In this document: in pieces, positions 9,424-20,039 of the stretch
How the letters are laid out: every line of letters starts with the position of its first letter
How positions within the stretch are numbered: position 1 is the first letter of the stretch
Virus record (IMG/VR): IMGVR_UViG_3300022695_000133
Span: 9,907 to 73,906 of that record
Strand: one strand, 5' to 3'
Origin: a virus
Length of the DNA stretch: 64,000 nucleotides
Made by a program: the position numbers and the translations under genes
Notes under the pieces: generated by a model
The model's database searches: none
What the model was told of the DNA's origin: nothing
What the model saw: only the letters and a program-made list of their open reading frames with translations

Positions 9424-11076
9424 ATGATAACAATAGGATTTTGTACTAGGAAAGATAATCAAAAGCACATAAATCATTTAAAAAAATATGCAGGTCATCC
9501 AAAAGTAGAGATAATTCAAATAATTAATGATGGGAATAGGTCAATAACAGAGTGTTATAATGAAATATTCGATAAAGCCACGTATGACACTATATTATAC
9601 GTACATGATGACGTTACATTTCAAACTAAACAATTTGCGTCTAAAATTATTAAATTATTTAATAATAATCCAGAATATGGAATAATTGGGGTTGCTGGAA
9701 CGAAATTCTTATCTAAAAGTGGAATTTGGTGGGAAAAAAGAAATAAAATGTATGGGAGGGTATCCCATACACATAACGGGAAAACACTTTTATCCAAATA
9801 TAGTGATGACTTAGGCAATGACATTGAAGATACTGTAGTTATTGATGGCGTGTGCTTTTCAATTAGAAAATCTAGAATAAAAAATAAATTTAATGAGTCT
9901 GTTAAGGGATTTCATTTTTATGATATTAATTTTTGTTTAGAAAATTATTTAAATGGGGTAAAAATTGGTGTTTCAACCAAAATTAAAATTACTCATTTAT
10001 CTATTGGGGTAACAAATGATAAGTGGGAGGAAAATAGAAAAATATTTGCTAAAAAATATGAGAATGTTTTACCAATTAAAATTGATAAAATTTATAAAAA
10101 AAACCATAGATTTAAAGTTTTAATTGGATGCTTAAGCTTTAAATCATTTACTGGCTCTGAATTATATATATATGAATTAGCCAAAGGATTGGTTAGTAAT
10201 GGGTGTGATGTTACAATTTGTTCTGAAATTGGTGGTGAATTAGCTAAAAAAGCCAAATCTAAGGGCATTAAATTAGTTGGAATTAAAGAACCACCAGGAT
10301 ATAAATTAGGTGATGGAAATTGGGAATTAATAGATAATAATGGGAATAGAGCAAAATCGATTAATAATAAATTATATCAAATAGAAAATATATCATTTGA
10401 TATTTTACATTTAAATCACAAACCAATAGGGGACTATTTACTTAAATTATACCCAAATACTAATGCGATAAGCACGATTCATTCAGAGGTTATTAGTTTA
10501 GAAGAGCCAGTAATACATAAAAATATAAAAAAATATATTGCAATAAGACCAGAAATTAAGAATCATCTAATTAAAAATTATAAAATACCCAAAGAAAATA
10601 TTGATGTTATTTATAATCCAATAGATGAAACGAGATTTAAACCAACTAAATCGATTTTAAGCCATTCTAACAAACGAATATTGTTTGTTGGAACGTTAGA
10701 CTATCTTAGAAAGGAAATGCTTTTAGAGTTAGCCAATACCACAAAAAAAGAAGGTAACGAGCTATGGATTGTTGGTAAAGAAAATGGTGTAACAATTAAT
10801 GAAATAGAAAATATAAATCCAAATGTGAAATATTTTGAACCAACATGGGGTGTTGAAAAATATATAAAACAATGTGATGAAACGGCTGGGATACTATTAG
10901 GGAGAACTACCATTGAGGGTTGGATGTGTGGGAAACCAGCTTGGATATATATTATTAATAATAAAGGAAATATAATTTCTAAATCAATTAATAATCCACC
11001 AGGCGATATTAATAAATTTTACGCTTCATTTGTTAGTGATGAAATATTGAAAGAATATAAAAATATTTTGAAGTGA
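9424..11076 (+). CDS. Two-domain glycosyltransferase (GT2-like N-term + GT4-like C-term)
   Basis: N: YVHDDV, GIIGVAG, VVIDG, FHFYD. C: FTGSELYIYELAKGL, IYNPIDETRF, GRTTIEGWMCGKP. Confidence 0.85.
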   Translation: MITIGFCTRKDNQKHINHLKKYAGHPKVEIIQIINDGNRSITECYNEIFDKATYDTILYVHDDVTFQTKQFASKIIKLFNNNPEYGIIGVAGTKFLSKSGIWWEKRNKMYGRVSHTHNGKTLLSKYSDDLGNDIEDTVVIDGVCFSIRKSRIKNKFNESVKGFHFYDINFCLENYLNGVKIGVSTKIKITHLSIGVTNDKWEENRKIFAKKYENVLPIKIDKIYKKNHRFKVLIGCLSFKSFTGSELYIYELAKGLVSNGCDVTICSEIGGELAKKAKSKGIKLVGIKEPPGYKLGDGNWELIDNNGNRAKSINNKLYQIENISFDILHLNHKPIGDYLLKLYPNTNAISTIHSEVISLEEPVIHKNIKKYIAIRPEIKNHLIKNYKIPKENIDVIYNPIDETRFKPTKSILSHSNKRILFVGTLDYLRKEMLLELANTTKKEGNELWIVGKENGVTINEIENINPNVKYFEPTWGVEKYIKQCDETAGILLGRTTIEGWMCGKPAWIYIINNKGNIISKSINNPPGDINKFYASFVSDEILKEYKNILK

Positions 11077-12131
11077 AAACAGTCATAACAATCACTGGAA
11101 TTAGACCAGATTTTATACGAATGTCAGAGATATTCAAAAAATTGGATAAAAATTTTAATCATATTTTAATTCATAGTGGACAGCATTATGACACTAAATT
11201 ATCTTTAATTTTTTTTAAAGAATTAAATATAAGAATTCCAGATTATAACCTAAATATTGGTGGACCAAATAAGGAACATTTTGAACAAACTGGGGAATTA
11301 TCAATTAAATTAATTAAATTAATAAGAGATGAAGAATTAAATCCTGATTTGATAATATTTTTAGGTGATTCAAATTCTGTGGTATCATCTATTGCATTAA
11401 AAAAAGAAGGCTATAAAATAGCACATATTGAAGCTGGTATGCGTTCTGGTGATAAAAGAATGCTAGAAGAAATTAACCGAATGGTTTGTGATACATGCAG
11501 CGATTTTTTGTTTGTTTATCATGAAAACTACAAAAATAAATTAAAAAAAGAAAATATTAAAAATAATGTTTATGTAGTCGGAAACACAATAGTTGAAATC
11601 ATCAATAAATATAAACCCACCCCAGTTAAAGTAAAAAAACATATTATTTTAGATATACATAGACCAGAAAATTTTAATAATAAAAATAGGCTAGAAAACA
11701 TCGTATCATATTCTAATAGTGTATCATATATGAATAAATTACCAATTTATCTAATTGGATTTCCAAGAACTCTTAATAAATTAAAGGAATTTAATATAAA
11801 TTTAGGTAATATTAAAATAATTGAATTATTATCATTTAAAAAATATTTAAAAAAAATAAACGAATCTAAATTTATTATTTCTGACTCTGGAACCGCACAA
11901 GAAGAACCAGCATTATTAGGCATTCCAGTTATAGTTCCTAGAGATTTTACGGAAAGACCTGAATCAATTGAAAATAATTGTTCATTTATGATAGATGTAA
12001 ACACCATGAATAATAGCACATGGTGTAATAGTATGGCATGGCTAAAAATATACGATAAAGTAGAAATAGAATGGTTAGGGGACGGAAAAACATCTGATAA
12101 AATCATAAACATCATTAAAAATAAAATATGA
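11073..12131 (+). CDS. wecB: UDP-N-acetylglucosamine 2-epimerase (non-hydrolysing)
   Basis: GIRPDFIRM, HSGQHYD, LGDSNS, AHIEAGMRS, SDSGTAQEE, TERPE; GTG start overlapping upstream TGA. Confidence 0.95.
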   Translation: MKTVITITGIRPDFIRMSEIFKKLDKNFNHILIHSGQHYDTKLSLIFFKELNIRIPDYNLNIGGPNKEHFEQTGELSIKLIKLIRDEELNPDLIIFLGDSNSVVSSIALKKEGYKIAHIEAGMRSGDKRMLEEINRMVCDTCSDFLFVYHENYKNKLKKENIKNNVYVVGNTIVEIINKYKPTPVKVKKHIILDIHRPENFNNKNRLENIVSYSNSVSYMNKLPIYLIGFPRTLNKLKEFNINLGNIKIIELLSFKKYLKKINESKFIISDSGTAQEEPALLGIPVIVPRDFTERPESIENNCSFMIDVNTMNNSTWCNSMAWLKIYDKVEIEWLGDGKTSDKIINIIKNKI

Positions 12132-12937
12132 GAATATCAATAGCAATGTCATATTATAATAGAAAACAGCAATTAATTAATTCACTTAATACAATTAAAT
12201 TATCAAAATTAATAAATGATGTTGAGGTAATAATAGTAGATGATTGTTCCAATGAAGAGCACAAACTAGATGACATCTTGCCTGCATATCCATTCGTTAA
12301 ACTGATAACACTTAAATCTGAAGATAGATGGTATACCAACCCTTGTGTTCCATTTAATAAAGCAATAAAGGAATGTAAGGGGGACATAATTTTATTACAA
12401 AATCCAGAATGCTTGCATATGGGTGATATTTTATCTGATATAAATAAAAACATTAATAATCGTAATTATTTAGTGTATGGCACTTATTCAATAAATAAAA
12501 TTATGTCAAATGCTTTAAATAAACTAGAATATAATAATAACGTATTTAATAAAATAAATAAAATTATAAGCCCCATAAATAATGTTGGATATATTGGAGA
12601 GGGGACAACTTGCTGGTATAATCATTCAATATATAGACCAGTTGGTTATCATTTTATGAGTGCAATGCTAAAGGAAAATATGAATAAATTAAATGGATTT
12701 GATGAAAGATTCTCAAATGGGATTGGATTTGATGATGATGAATTTTTATTTAGGATTAAGTTATTGGGGTTAGATATAGAAATTAAAGATAAACCATTTG
12801 CAATACACCAATGGCATTATAGTGAAAATAATTTTTTTGCCAAAGAAAAAAATATAAGTGAAGCATTACGTAAGAATCAATCATTATTTCAAAACATAAC
12901 AAAATTAAAAAAAGAATACTATGCCCCAAACAAATAA
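12128..12937 (+). CDS. Glycosyltransferase family 2
   Basis: MSYYNRK, IIVDDCS, GFDERFSNGIGFDDDEF. Confidence 0.9.
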   Translation: MRISIAMSYYNRKQQLINSLNTIKLSKLINDVEVIIVDDCSNEEHKLDDILPAYPFVKLITLKSEDRWYTNPCVPFNKAIKECKGDIILLQNPECLHMGDILSDINKNINNRNYLVYGTYSINKIMSNALNKLEYNNNVFNKINKIISPINNVGYIGEGTTCWYNHSIYRPVGYHFMSAMLKENMNKLNGFDERFSNGIGFDDDEFLFRIKLLGLDIEIKDKPFAIHQWHYSENNFFAKEKNISEALRKNQSLFQNITKLKKEYYAPNK

Positions 12938-13733
12938 ATTAATAGGTTTTGCTCAACTAAGGAATGAGTTATCTAAAGGTAATTTAGAAAATTGGTTTAA
13001 ACAAATGTCAGTGTGTGATTACATTTACATATTTGACCAAAATTCTGATGATGGCAGTATAGAGTTTTATAAAAAATTTAAAAATTGCGTTGTAATTGAA
13101 TCTAAAATAAATAGATTTAAAGAAGAATTAATTTGTAAAAATGAATTATTAACTAAATTACTGAGCGACCATCCAGATACTAATTGGATACTTTGGTTAG
13201 ATGGTGATTTGTTATTAGATGGTAGATTACTGGATAATAATGGAGAAAAATTAAAAAATCTATGTGCCCAAGGGGATAAATTAAATGTTGATGCATATGC
13301 ATTTGACCATTATAATTTATGGAGAAGCGATATTCATTATAGAGTTGATAACCAATATCATTCATTAAATGGTAATTGGGTTCCTTTGTGGAGAAATAAT
13401 GGTAATTTAAAGTTTAATGAAGTACGTGGTTTACATAACATACAGTATCCAAATGGGTTAACAAATATTTATAAAAGTGGGTATAGTGTTATACATAGAG
13501 GATTTTCTACTGATTATCAAATTATGCTAAAATATGAAATCTATAAAGCTAATGGGCAAATTGGTTGGGCATTGGAACGGTTATTAGATGAAAGCACTTT
13601 ATCGGTCATTGAATTGAATAAAAATTTATTACCAAAATGGTTTAATATTGTAGATGTAATAAATCCAATTAATAAACCTAGAATACGTGAAATATACATG
13701 AATTCGTTTATTAATAATGAAAATATTAAATGA
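12921..13733 (+). CDS. GT2-like glycosyltransferase
   Basis: IYIFDQNSDDGS and WILWLDGD (DxD) motifs. Confidence 0.75.
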   Translation: MPQTNKLIGFAQLRNELSKGNLENWFKQMSVCDYIYIFDQNSDDGSIEFYKKFKNCVVIESKINRFKEELICKNELLTKLLSDHPDTNWILWLDGDLLLDGRLLDNNGEKLKNLCAQGDKLNVDAYAFDHYNLWRSDIHYRVDNQYHSLNGNWVPLWRNNGNLKFNEVRGLHNIQYPNGLTNIYKSGYSVIHRGFSTDYQIMLKYEIYKANGQIGWALERLLDESTLSVIELNKNLLPKWFNIVDVINPINKPRIREIYMNSFINNENIK

Positions 13734-14461
13734 ACAAAAAAAATGAAATAGAAATAATAGCATTAATATTTAAATCCATAGATTATTTAGATTTAATATA
13801 TAATCAATTAAAAAGTGATAATTGTAAGGTAGATGGGTGGGATGTTAAATTAAGAATTATATCTAATGACGGGTCACTTGAAATAATAGAAAAACTTAAA
13901 ACTTTAGACATTCCACACACAATATATCATGATAAAAATAAAAATGATTATTATTTAAATAGAGTATATAGATGTTGGAATTATGCTGGTTTAACCAGTA
14001 AGTATGAAAATATTTGTTTTGTTAATTCAGATATGGTATTTACTAAAAATTGGTTAAATAATTTATTAAAATATCATGATGGAATTAATATACCATGTTC
14101 TAGATTAATTGAAAGTGGTAAATTACATAGTGGAAAATATGCCATTGAATTTAATTGTGGTAAAACACCCAAAACAGTAAATTATAATTTATGGGAAAAG
14201 ATTTCGGGTGAATTTAAAAGTAATGAAATAAAAGATGGGGGGTTATTTATGCCATGTATACTAAATACCAAAAGGTTTATAGAAAGCGGAATGTACCCAG
14301 AAGGTAATATTTATGATAATGGAGTTGGGAGGCTTGGTAATTTTTTAAAAAGTGGTGATGCTTATTATTTTGAATTTTTAGAAAAAAAATATAATATGAA
14401 ACATGTAACGGTTTTTAATTCCTTAGTATATCATATACAAGAAGGAGAAAAAGATAGCTAA
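13730..14461 (+). CDS. GT2-like glycosyltransferase
   Basis: WNYAG...ICFVNSDMVF motif. Confidence 0.7.
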   Translation: MNKKNEIEIIALIFKSIDYLDLIYNQLKSDNCKVDGWDVKLRIISNDGSLEIIEKLKTLDIPHTIYHDKNKNDYYLNRVYRCWNYAGLTSKYENICFVNSDMVFTKNWLNNLLKYHDGINIPCSRLIESGKLHSGKYAIEFNCGKTPKTVNYNLWEKISGEFKSNEIKDGGLFMPCILNTKRFIESGMYPEGNIYDNGVGRLGNFLKSGDAYYFEFLEKKYNMKHVTVFNSLVYHIQEGEKDS

Positions 14462-14462
14462 A

Positions 14463-15236
14463 TTGAATAAAAAAGTATCCATAATATTACCATATTATAA
14501 TAGAAAAAATTTATTATTGAATACTTTAAAAAGTTTTAATAAGTTTTATGAAAATAAAAATGTTGAAGTAGTAATAATAGATGATGGCTCAAACTCTGAA
14601 AATAGACTTGAAGACTCACTTAATTTTAATTTAAATATAAAGTTAATTAGATTAGAAAATAAAAATGGAATTAATCCATGTTATCCTTACAATGTCGGGG
14701 TTAGAAATTCAAGTGGGGATATAATAATCCTCAGTTCACCAGAAACATTTCATACAAAAGATATGTTTGATATATCTAATAATTTTAAAAAATTAACTAA
14801 TGAAACCTATTTATTATTCTCAGTATTTTGTCTTACTGATATTACTAAATTAGAAAATATAGAAGACCAAATCCCAAAATTTCACAAGAACTTGGGCATT
14901 AATGGGTACAGTTATAATAATAATATAGGCTCTTGGTATTGCCATAGTAAGTATAGACCAAATGGGTTAAATTTTTTAAGCGCAATTACAAGAGAAAATT
15001 ATTATAAACTATCTGGGTTTGATGAACGTTTTAGATTTGGAACTGGATTTGATGATACGGAATTTAGAGATAGGCTAATTGATAATAATATCAAGTTTAT
15101 ATATCTTGATGATGCTATAGCAATACATGTAAATCATGAGGTAGTTAATAATAGTTTGCCAACAACAAATCTTAAGGTATATTTAAAAACTAAAAATTAT
15201 AAATATAAATTCAATGATAAATGGGGAAAATATTAA
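14463..15236 (+). CDS. Glycosyltransferase family 2
   Basis: VSIILPYYNRK, IIDDGS, GFDERFRFGTGFDD; TTG start; paralogue of 12128. Confidence 0.9.
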   Translation: MNKKVSIILPYYNRKNLLLNTLKSFNKFYENKNVEVVIIDDGSNSENRLEDSLNFNLNIKLIRLENKNGINPCYPYNVGVRNSSGDIIILSSPETFHTKDMFDISNNFKKLTNETYLLFSVFCLTDITKLENIEDQIPKFHKNLGINGYSYNNNIGSWYCHSKYRPNGLNFLSAITRENYYKLSGFDERFRFGTGFDDTEFRDRLIDNNIKFIYLDDAIAIHVNHEVVNNSLPTTNLKVYLKTKNYKYKFNDKWGKY

Positions 15237-16267
15237 ATATTGGGCAGATAGTTTCTTTTGGTGTTGGGGGTGCTGATAAATCTGCATTAAATTTAGTTAA
15301 GGGTTTATTAAAATTAAATGAAAATATAAAAGTAACAGTATTTTATAATAAATTTTCATTCCCAAGAAATTATGAATTAACAACAAACCCATCTAGATTT
15401 TCAGAATATAAATCATTACCATTGGATTTAATAAAAATCACCAATGTTAATGAATTAAATAATTATAATATTGATATTTTAAACACGCATAGGTCTGGTA
15501 ATGATAATTGGTTTTTACCCAATTTTGAAGCCACAAATTTTAATTTTAAAATTGTTGAAACAAATTTTCATGGTTATAATAAAACAAAATCTGATTATAG
15601 GGTATATCCATCAAAGGAGATAATAAAATACTTGCAACCAACAAAAATTCCTTATTCAATAATACCTAACCCAATCATAAGGCCTCTCACCACCCTAAAT
15701 TTAAGAGAAGAACTAAAAATAAATAATAAATTTGTGTATGGGAGAATTGGACGAGTAGATGATGAAATATATTCTAATATTAGCTTACAAGCTTATAAGA
15801 AAATAGAATCTACCGATACGTGTTTCTTATATGTTGGCAAAAACGAAAAGGCGGTATCAGACGCTAAAAAGTTAGAAATAAAAAATATAATTTTCCTAAA
15901 TCCAACAAGTGATGAAATAAAAGTTTCTAAGATATACAATACTTTTGACGTATTGTGCCATAGCACCCCATTAGGCGAAACATTTGGTAACACAATTGCC
16001 GAAGCTATGATAAACGGAAAACCAGTGGTTTCGCACATAGGTAATGGCACTTGGCCACAGGCACAAAAAGAATTATTAGGAGAAAAAAAAGAATTATTTA
16101 TAACACATGATATTATAAATTCTTATACTAATCTAATGCTTAAATTAAAAAATAATAAGAAATTCTATAATCTAATTTCTACATACTTAAAACATAGGGC
16201 GTTAGACTATTATGATTATATAAAGGTTTCAAAAAAATATTTAGAATTATATTTAGAGTTATTATGA
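15221..16267 (+). CDS. Glycosyltransferase family 4
   Basis: GVGGAD, GRIGR, ETFGNTIAEAMINGKPVV. Confidence 0.9.
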   Translation: MGKILNIGQIVSFGVGGADKSALNLVKGLLKLNENIKVTVFYNKFSFPRNYELTTNPSRFSEYKSLPLDLIKITNVNELNNYNIDILNTHRSGNDNWFLPNFEATNFNFKIVETNFHGYNKTKSDYRVYPSKEIIKYLQPTKIPYSIIPNPIIRPLTTLNLREELKINNKFVYGRIGRVDDEIYSNISLQAYKKIESTDTCFLYVGKNEKAVSDAKKLEIKNIIFLNPTSDEIKVSKIYNTFDVLCHSTPLGETFGNTIAEAMINGKPVVSHIGNGTWPQAQKELLGEKKELFITHDIINSYTNLMLKLKNNKKFYNLISTYLKHRALDYYDYIKVSKKYLELYLELL

Positions 16268-17178
16268 AAAGAGGGTGGCTAATTAATGACAGATTAACAT
16301 GTATACCTGGCACAAAAACATTTTGGCATAATTTATTAGAATGGATACCAAATTTAGAGGATAAGTGTGGGAGATACACACCATTTAATCTTTTAGCGCC
16401 CAAAATAGAAAAATTATTAATTAATAATAAACCAGATTACATAATAAGAAATGCTACATATTTTAGAAAAATAAATACTCCAGTTAAAACAATTAGTATT
16501 TTGCAAGATTTATTACCTTCTAATAGTGAGCAAATAGATGTTTGTAATAATTCTAACATAGTAGTTTATAATTCACCATATACTAAATCATTTTACAATG
16601 GTAAAATAAGCACAAAATCAGAAATAATTAATTTAGGGGTTGATTTTAATAAATTTAAGATTTTAAATAAAAAATTTAATGATGAATTAGGTATCTTACC
16701 CAATTCAATATTATTTATTGGGGCAAGCAACATTACCCCCAAAGGCTTTGATATTATGCTTGATGTCATTAATAATACAGATTATAATTTTTGTTTAGTT
16801 ATGAAAGATAATTACAAAATTAATAATTCTAGAGTTAAGTGTTTTAATATGGTAAATCATAACACTTTAATAAAAATAATGAACTCTTGTGAGTTGCTAG
16901 TATGTACATCTAAGATTGAGACATTACATCTAGCTGGAATTGAAGCTGGGGCTTGTGGTTTACCGATTGTTGCATCAAATGTTGGGGTCTATTTTAATTT
17001 AAAAAGTGGGAAGTGGGGAAGGAATGTAAATTCACTTAGTTATATTAATTTTATAAATGAAATAAAATATGTTAAAAATAATTTAGAAAGCTTTAAACCT
17101 AGGCAAGCATTTTTAGATTTAGGTTTAGATACGGAAACATGTAAAAATAAATGGATTAAATTAATAAATACTTTATGA
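16264..17178 (+). CDS. Glycosyltransferase family 4
   Basis: LGVDFNKF, PKGFD, ETLHLAGIEAGACGLPIVASNVG. Confidence 0.9.
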   Translation: MKRGWLINDRLTCIPGTKTFWHNLLEWIPNLEDKCGRYTPFNLLAPKIEKLLINNKPDYIIRNATYFRKINTPVKTISILQDLLPSNSEQIDVCNNSNIVVYNSPYTKSFYNGKISTKSEIINLGVDFNKFKILNKKFNDELGILPNSILFIGASNITPKGFDIMLDVINNTDYNFCLVMKDNYKINNSRVKCFNMVNHNTLIKIMNSCELLVCTSKIETLHLAGIEAGACGLPIVASNVGVYFNLKSGKWGRNVNSLSYINFINEIKYVKNNLESFKPRQAFLDLGLDTETCKNKWIKLINTL

Positions 17179-17235
17179 GTGATATAATTAAAAGGGTTTA
17201 CTTTTTTATTTTTTTTTGGTATAATATAAGATATT

Positions 17236-17814
17236 ATGAATAAAATAATAAAAAGAATAAATTTAAATAATTGGATTAGTGAAAAAACAATGGGGTGTAA
17301 TTCTGTTGTTGAACTTGGTGCTATGTTTTTCGAGAAATTAAAGCATGTTGAGTCTAAAATAAAGACTAAAATTGGCATTGAAATTTATAAACCTTATATT
17401 GATTCAAAAAATGACCATTTCGGTAACCCCGTATTTAATGATTGCATAAAAATACATGGCAATGTTTTAGAATATAAGAAACTTCTTAGTGGATATGAGT
17501 TAGATGTTGCTATGATAATTGACGTCTTAGAACATTTTGATAAAAATGTTGGGTTTAATTGGATTAAAGAATTGAAAAAAGATTTTAAAAGAATAATTTT
17601 AATGGTACCTGCTGGTAAATTTCCTCAAAATAAAGATTATTCAGGGCTTGGTGGTGACACATATCAAACACATAGAAGCTATTGGTACGATGAAGATATT
17701 GATAAATTGGGCTTTGATGAAGTAATATTAGATAATATATTTCACACAAACCCAGAATTAGTTGCGAATAATATGGACACTGGGTGTTGGTTTTGTGTTT
17801 GGAATAAAAAATAA
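17236..17814 (+). CDS. Class I SAM-dependent methyltransferase-like protein
   Basis: VVELGA (motif I-like), IGIEI, IIDVLEHF. Confidence 0.65.
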   Translation: MNKIIKRINLNNWISEKTMGCNSVVELGAMFFEKLKHVESKIKTKIGIEIYKPYIDSKNDHFGNPVFNDCIKIHGNVLEYKKLLSGYELDVAMIIDVLEHFDKNVGFNWIKELKKDFKRIILMVPAGKFPQNKDYSGLGGDTYQTHRSYWYDEDIDKLGFDEVILDNIFHTNPELVANNMDTGCWFCVWNKK

Positions 17815-17822
17815 TATAAATA

Positions 17823-18785
17823 ATGAAAAAAGAAAAAGTTTTATTAGTTGGTGGTGCTGGTTATATAGGTGGTCTAACAAGTGATAAATTAATTAAAGAT
17901 GGGTTTAGTGTTACGGTTTATGATAATTTATTATATGAAAAAAGATTTCTAAAAGAAATACCATTCATTTATGGAGATATAAGAGATACTAAAAAACTAA
18001 TAAAAGTGTCTAATAGTTTCGATATTATAATTTTAATGGCAGCATTGGTTGGGGACCCAGCTTGTAGTGTTGACCCAATATTAACTGAGGAAATAAATTA
18101 TAAATCCATCAAACGGTTTTGTAAATTAGTTTCCCCAAAAAAACATATAATATTTATGTCTACTTGTTCCGTTTACGGTGCACAAGACGGGCTTTTAAAT
18201 GAAAAAAGCCCAACAAATCCATTATCATCATATGCACGCACAAAATTAAAGTCTGAAAAATATGTTAATGACTGTGGTGGAACAATTTTTAGATTAGGTA
18301 CAGTATTTGGATTAGGGGATACTTATTCTAGATTAAGAATGGATTTGGTTGTGAATGTTTTGACTATGAAAGCTATTAAATATGGGGAAATAACAATAAA
18401 TGGGGGTGAGCAATGGAGGCCAATAATTTCGGTTATTGATATTGCTGGATATATTTCAGAAGCCTGTAAGGAAAAATATCGTGGAATTTATATTATCTCT
18501 AAAGAAAATGTTATTATTCGTGATTTAGGGAATAAAATATCAAATTTAATTCCAAATACTAGAATAAAGTATGTTAATATTTCATTCCAAGATGCTAGAA
18601 ACTATAAAATAGATAATTCTAAATCACTATTAATATTTAAATATAGACCATTTGTTAGTGTAGAAGATGAAGTTAATAGAATGGTTAAAATTTTTAAAGA
18701 AAATAGAGTTAATAATTTGGAGGATAACATTTACCACAATGGGGCATTTTTGACAAATAAAAAAAATAATAATGAAGCAATATGA
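17823..18785 (+). CDS. NAD-dependent sugar epimerase/dehydratase (SDR)
   Basis: VGGAGYIG, STCSVYG, YARTK (YxxxK). Confidence 0.92.
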   Translation: MKKEKVLLVGGAGYIGGLTSDKLIKDGFSVTVYDNLLYEKRFLKEIPFIYGDIRDTKKLIKVSNSFDIIILMAALVGDPACSVDPILTEEINYKSIKRFCKLVSPKKHIIFMSTCSVYGAQDGLLNEKSPTNPLSSYARTKLKSEKYVNDCGGTIFRLGTVFGLGDTYSRLRMDLVVNVLTMKAIKYGEITINGGEQWRPIISVIDIAGYISEACKEKYRGIYIISKENVIIRDLGNKISNLIPNTRIKYVNISFQDARNYKIDNSKSLLIFKYRPFVSVEDEVNRMVKIFKENRVNNLEDNIYHNGAFLTNKKNNNEAI

Positions 18786-19201
18786 AAAAACCAGAAATAA
18801 TCAAAGGTGACTTATTTGTAGATGATAGGGGGTATGTTAAATTTGTTAATAATTTTAATTTCAAGGATATTAAAAGATTTTATCAGGTTGAAAATCATAC
18901 TGTTGGGTATATTAGAGCTTGGCATGGGCATTTAAAAGAAGGAAAATATGCCTATGTTGCAAGTGGGGCGGCATTATTCGGGGTTGTTGATATGGATACC
19001 GAACATATTTCGACATTTGTTTTAAGTTCTAAAATGCCAAAAATGTTATATATACCCCCCAACAATTATAATGGATTTAAAAATTTAGAAGAAAATACGA
19101 TAATACAATTTTTCTCAACCACAACATTAGAGGAAAGTTTAGGGGATGATATAAGATTACCATATAAAAATTGGGACATATGGAATGAAAATTTTAGATA
19201 A
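18782..19201 (+). CDS. RmlC/FdtA-like cupin, NDP-sugar epimerase/isomerase
   Basis: DDRG, IRAWHGH, LYIPP motifs. Confidence 0.8.
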   Translation: MKKPEIIKGDLFVDDRGYVKFVNNFNFKDIKRFYQVENHTVGYIRAWHGHLKEGKYAYVASGAALFGVVDMDTEHISTFVLSSKMPKMLYIPPNNYNGFKNLEENTIIQFFSTTTLEESLGDDIRLPYKNWDIWNENFR

Positions 19202-19202
19202 T

Positions 19203-20039
19203 ATGAATATATACGTGTTAGGAAGTAACGGAATGCTTGGAAGTTATACATTAAAATATCTAAGCTTAAAATTTAATGTAACATCAATTAATAGAGATAA
19301 AATAGATGCCTCAAATTCAACTGAAGATAGTATAGGGAATACTTTAAAATTATTAAAAATAAAAAGTGGGGATGTTATTATAAATTGCATTGGCTCAATA
19401 AAGCCAAGGGTTCTAGAATTGGGTGATTTAAATGCAATTAAAGTAAATAGCATCTTTCCAAGATTATTAGCTAATGCATGCGAAACATTAGGCATAAAAT
19501 TAATTCACCCCACAACTGATTGTGTTTATTCTGGATTAAAGGGGTCATATAATGAGAAGGATGGGCGTGATGCTACCGACGTATATGGAATGACTAAAGC
19601 TTTAGGCGAACCAAATAATTGCACTATCATTAGGACATCAATTATAGGGGAAGAAATTAACCAAAAACGTTCATTAATTGAGTGGGTTAAATCTAATAAA
19701 AATTCTGAAATTTATGGTTATACTAATCATTTTTGGAATGGAATAACTTGTTTAGAATTTGCAAAAATATGCAAGAAAATAATAATTGGTAATTTATATT
19801 GGAACGGAGTTAGGCATGTTCATTCTGATGTTTATAGTAAATATGCATTACTTGAATTAATAAATAAAAATTATGAATTAGGCATTAAAATAGTTCCCAA
19901 GATACCAAGAAATTATTGTGATAGAACAATAAGTACAATTCATGAAAAATTTTTAAATAAACTAAATATAATTCCTCTTAAAAAACAGATTAAAGAATTA
20001 AAGAAGTTTTCTAAAATATTATATACTAAAGATGAATAA
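19203..20039 (+). CDS. rmlD: dTDP-4-dehydrorhamnose reductase
   Basis: VLGSNGMLG, TTDCVYSG, YGMTKALGE, IIRTS; ATG 19203 preferred over track start 19185. Confidence 0.88.
   Translation: MNIYVLGSNGMLGSYTLKYLSLKFNVTSINRDKIDASNSTEDSIGNTLKLLKIKSGDVIINCIGSIKPRVLELGDLNAIKVNSIFPRLLANACETLGIKLIHPTTDCVYSGLKGSYNEKDGRDATDVYGMTKALGEPNNCTIIRTSIIGEEINQKRSLIEWVKSNKNSEIYGYTNHFWNGITCLEFAKICKKIIIGNLYWNGVRHVHSDVYSKYALLELINKNYELGIKIVPKIPRNYCDRTISTIHEKFLNKLNIIPLKKQIKELKKFSKILYTKDE

Noticed and set aside
6998-20039. Bacterial O-antigen locus or giant eukaryotic virus origin
   Set aside because: Embedded among T4-like head, baseplate and sigma genes; no flippase or polymerase; no NCLDV markers seen.
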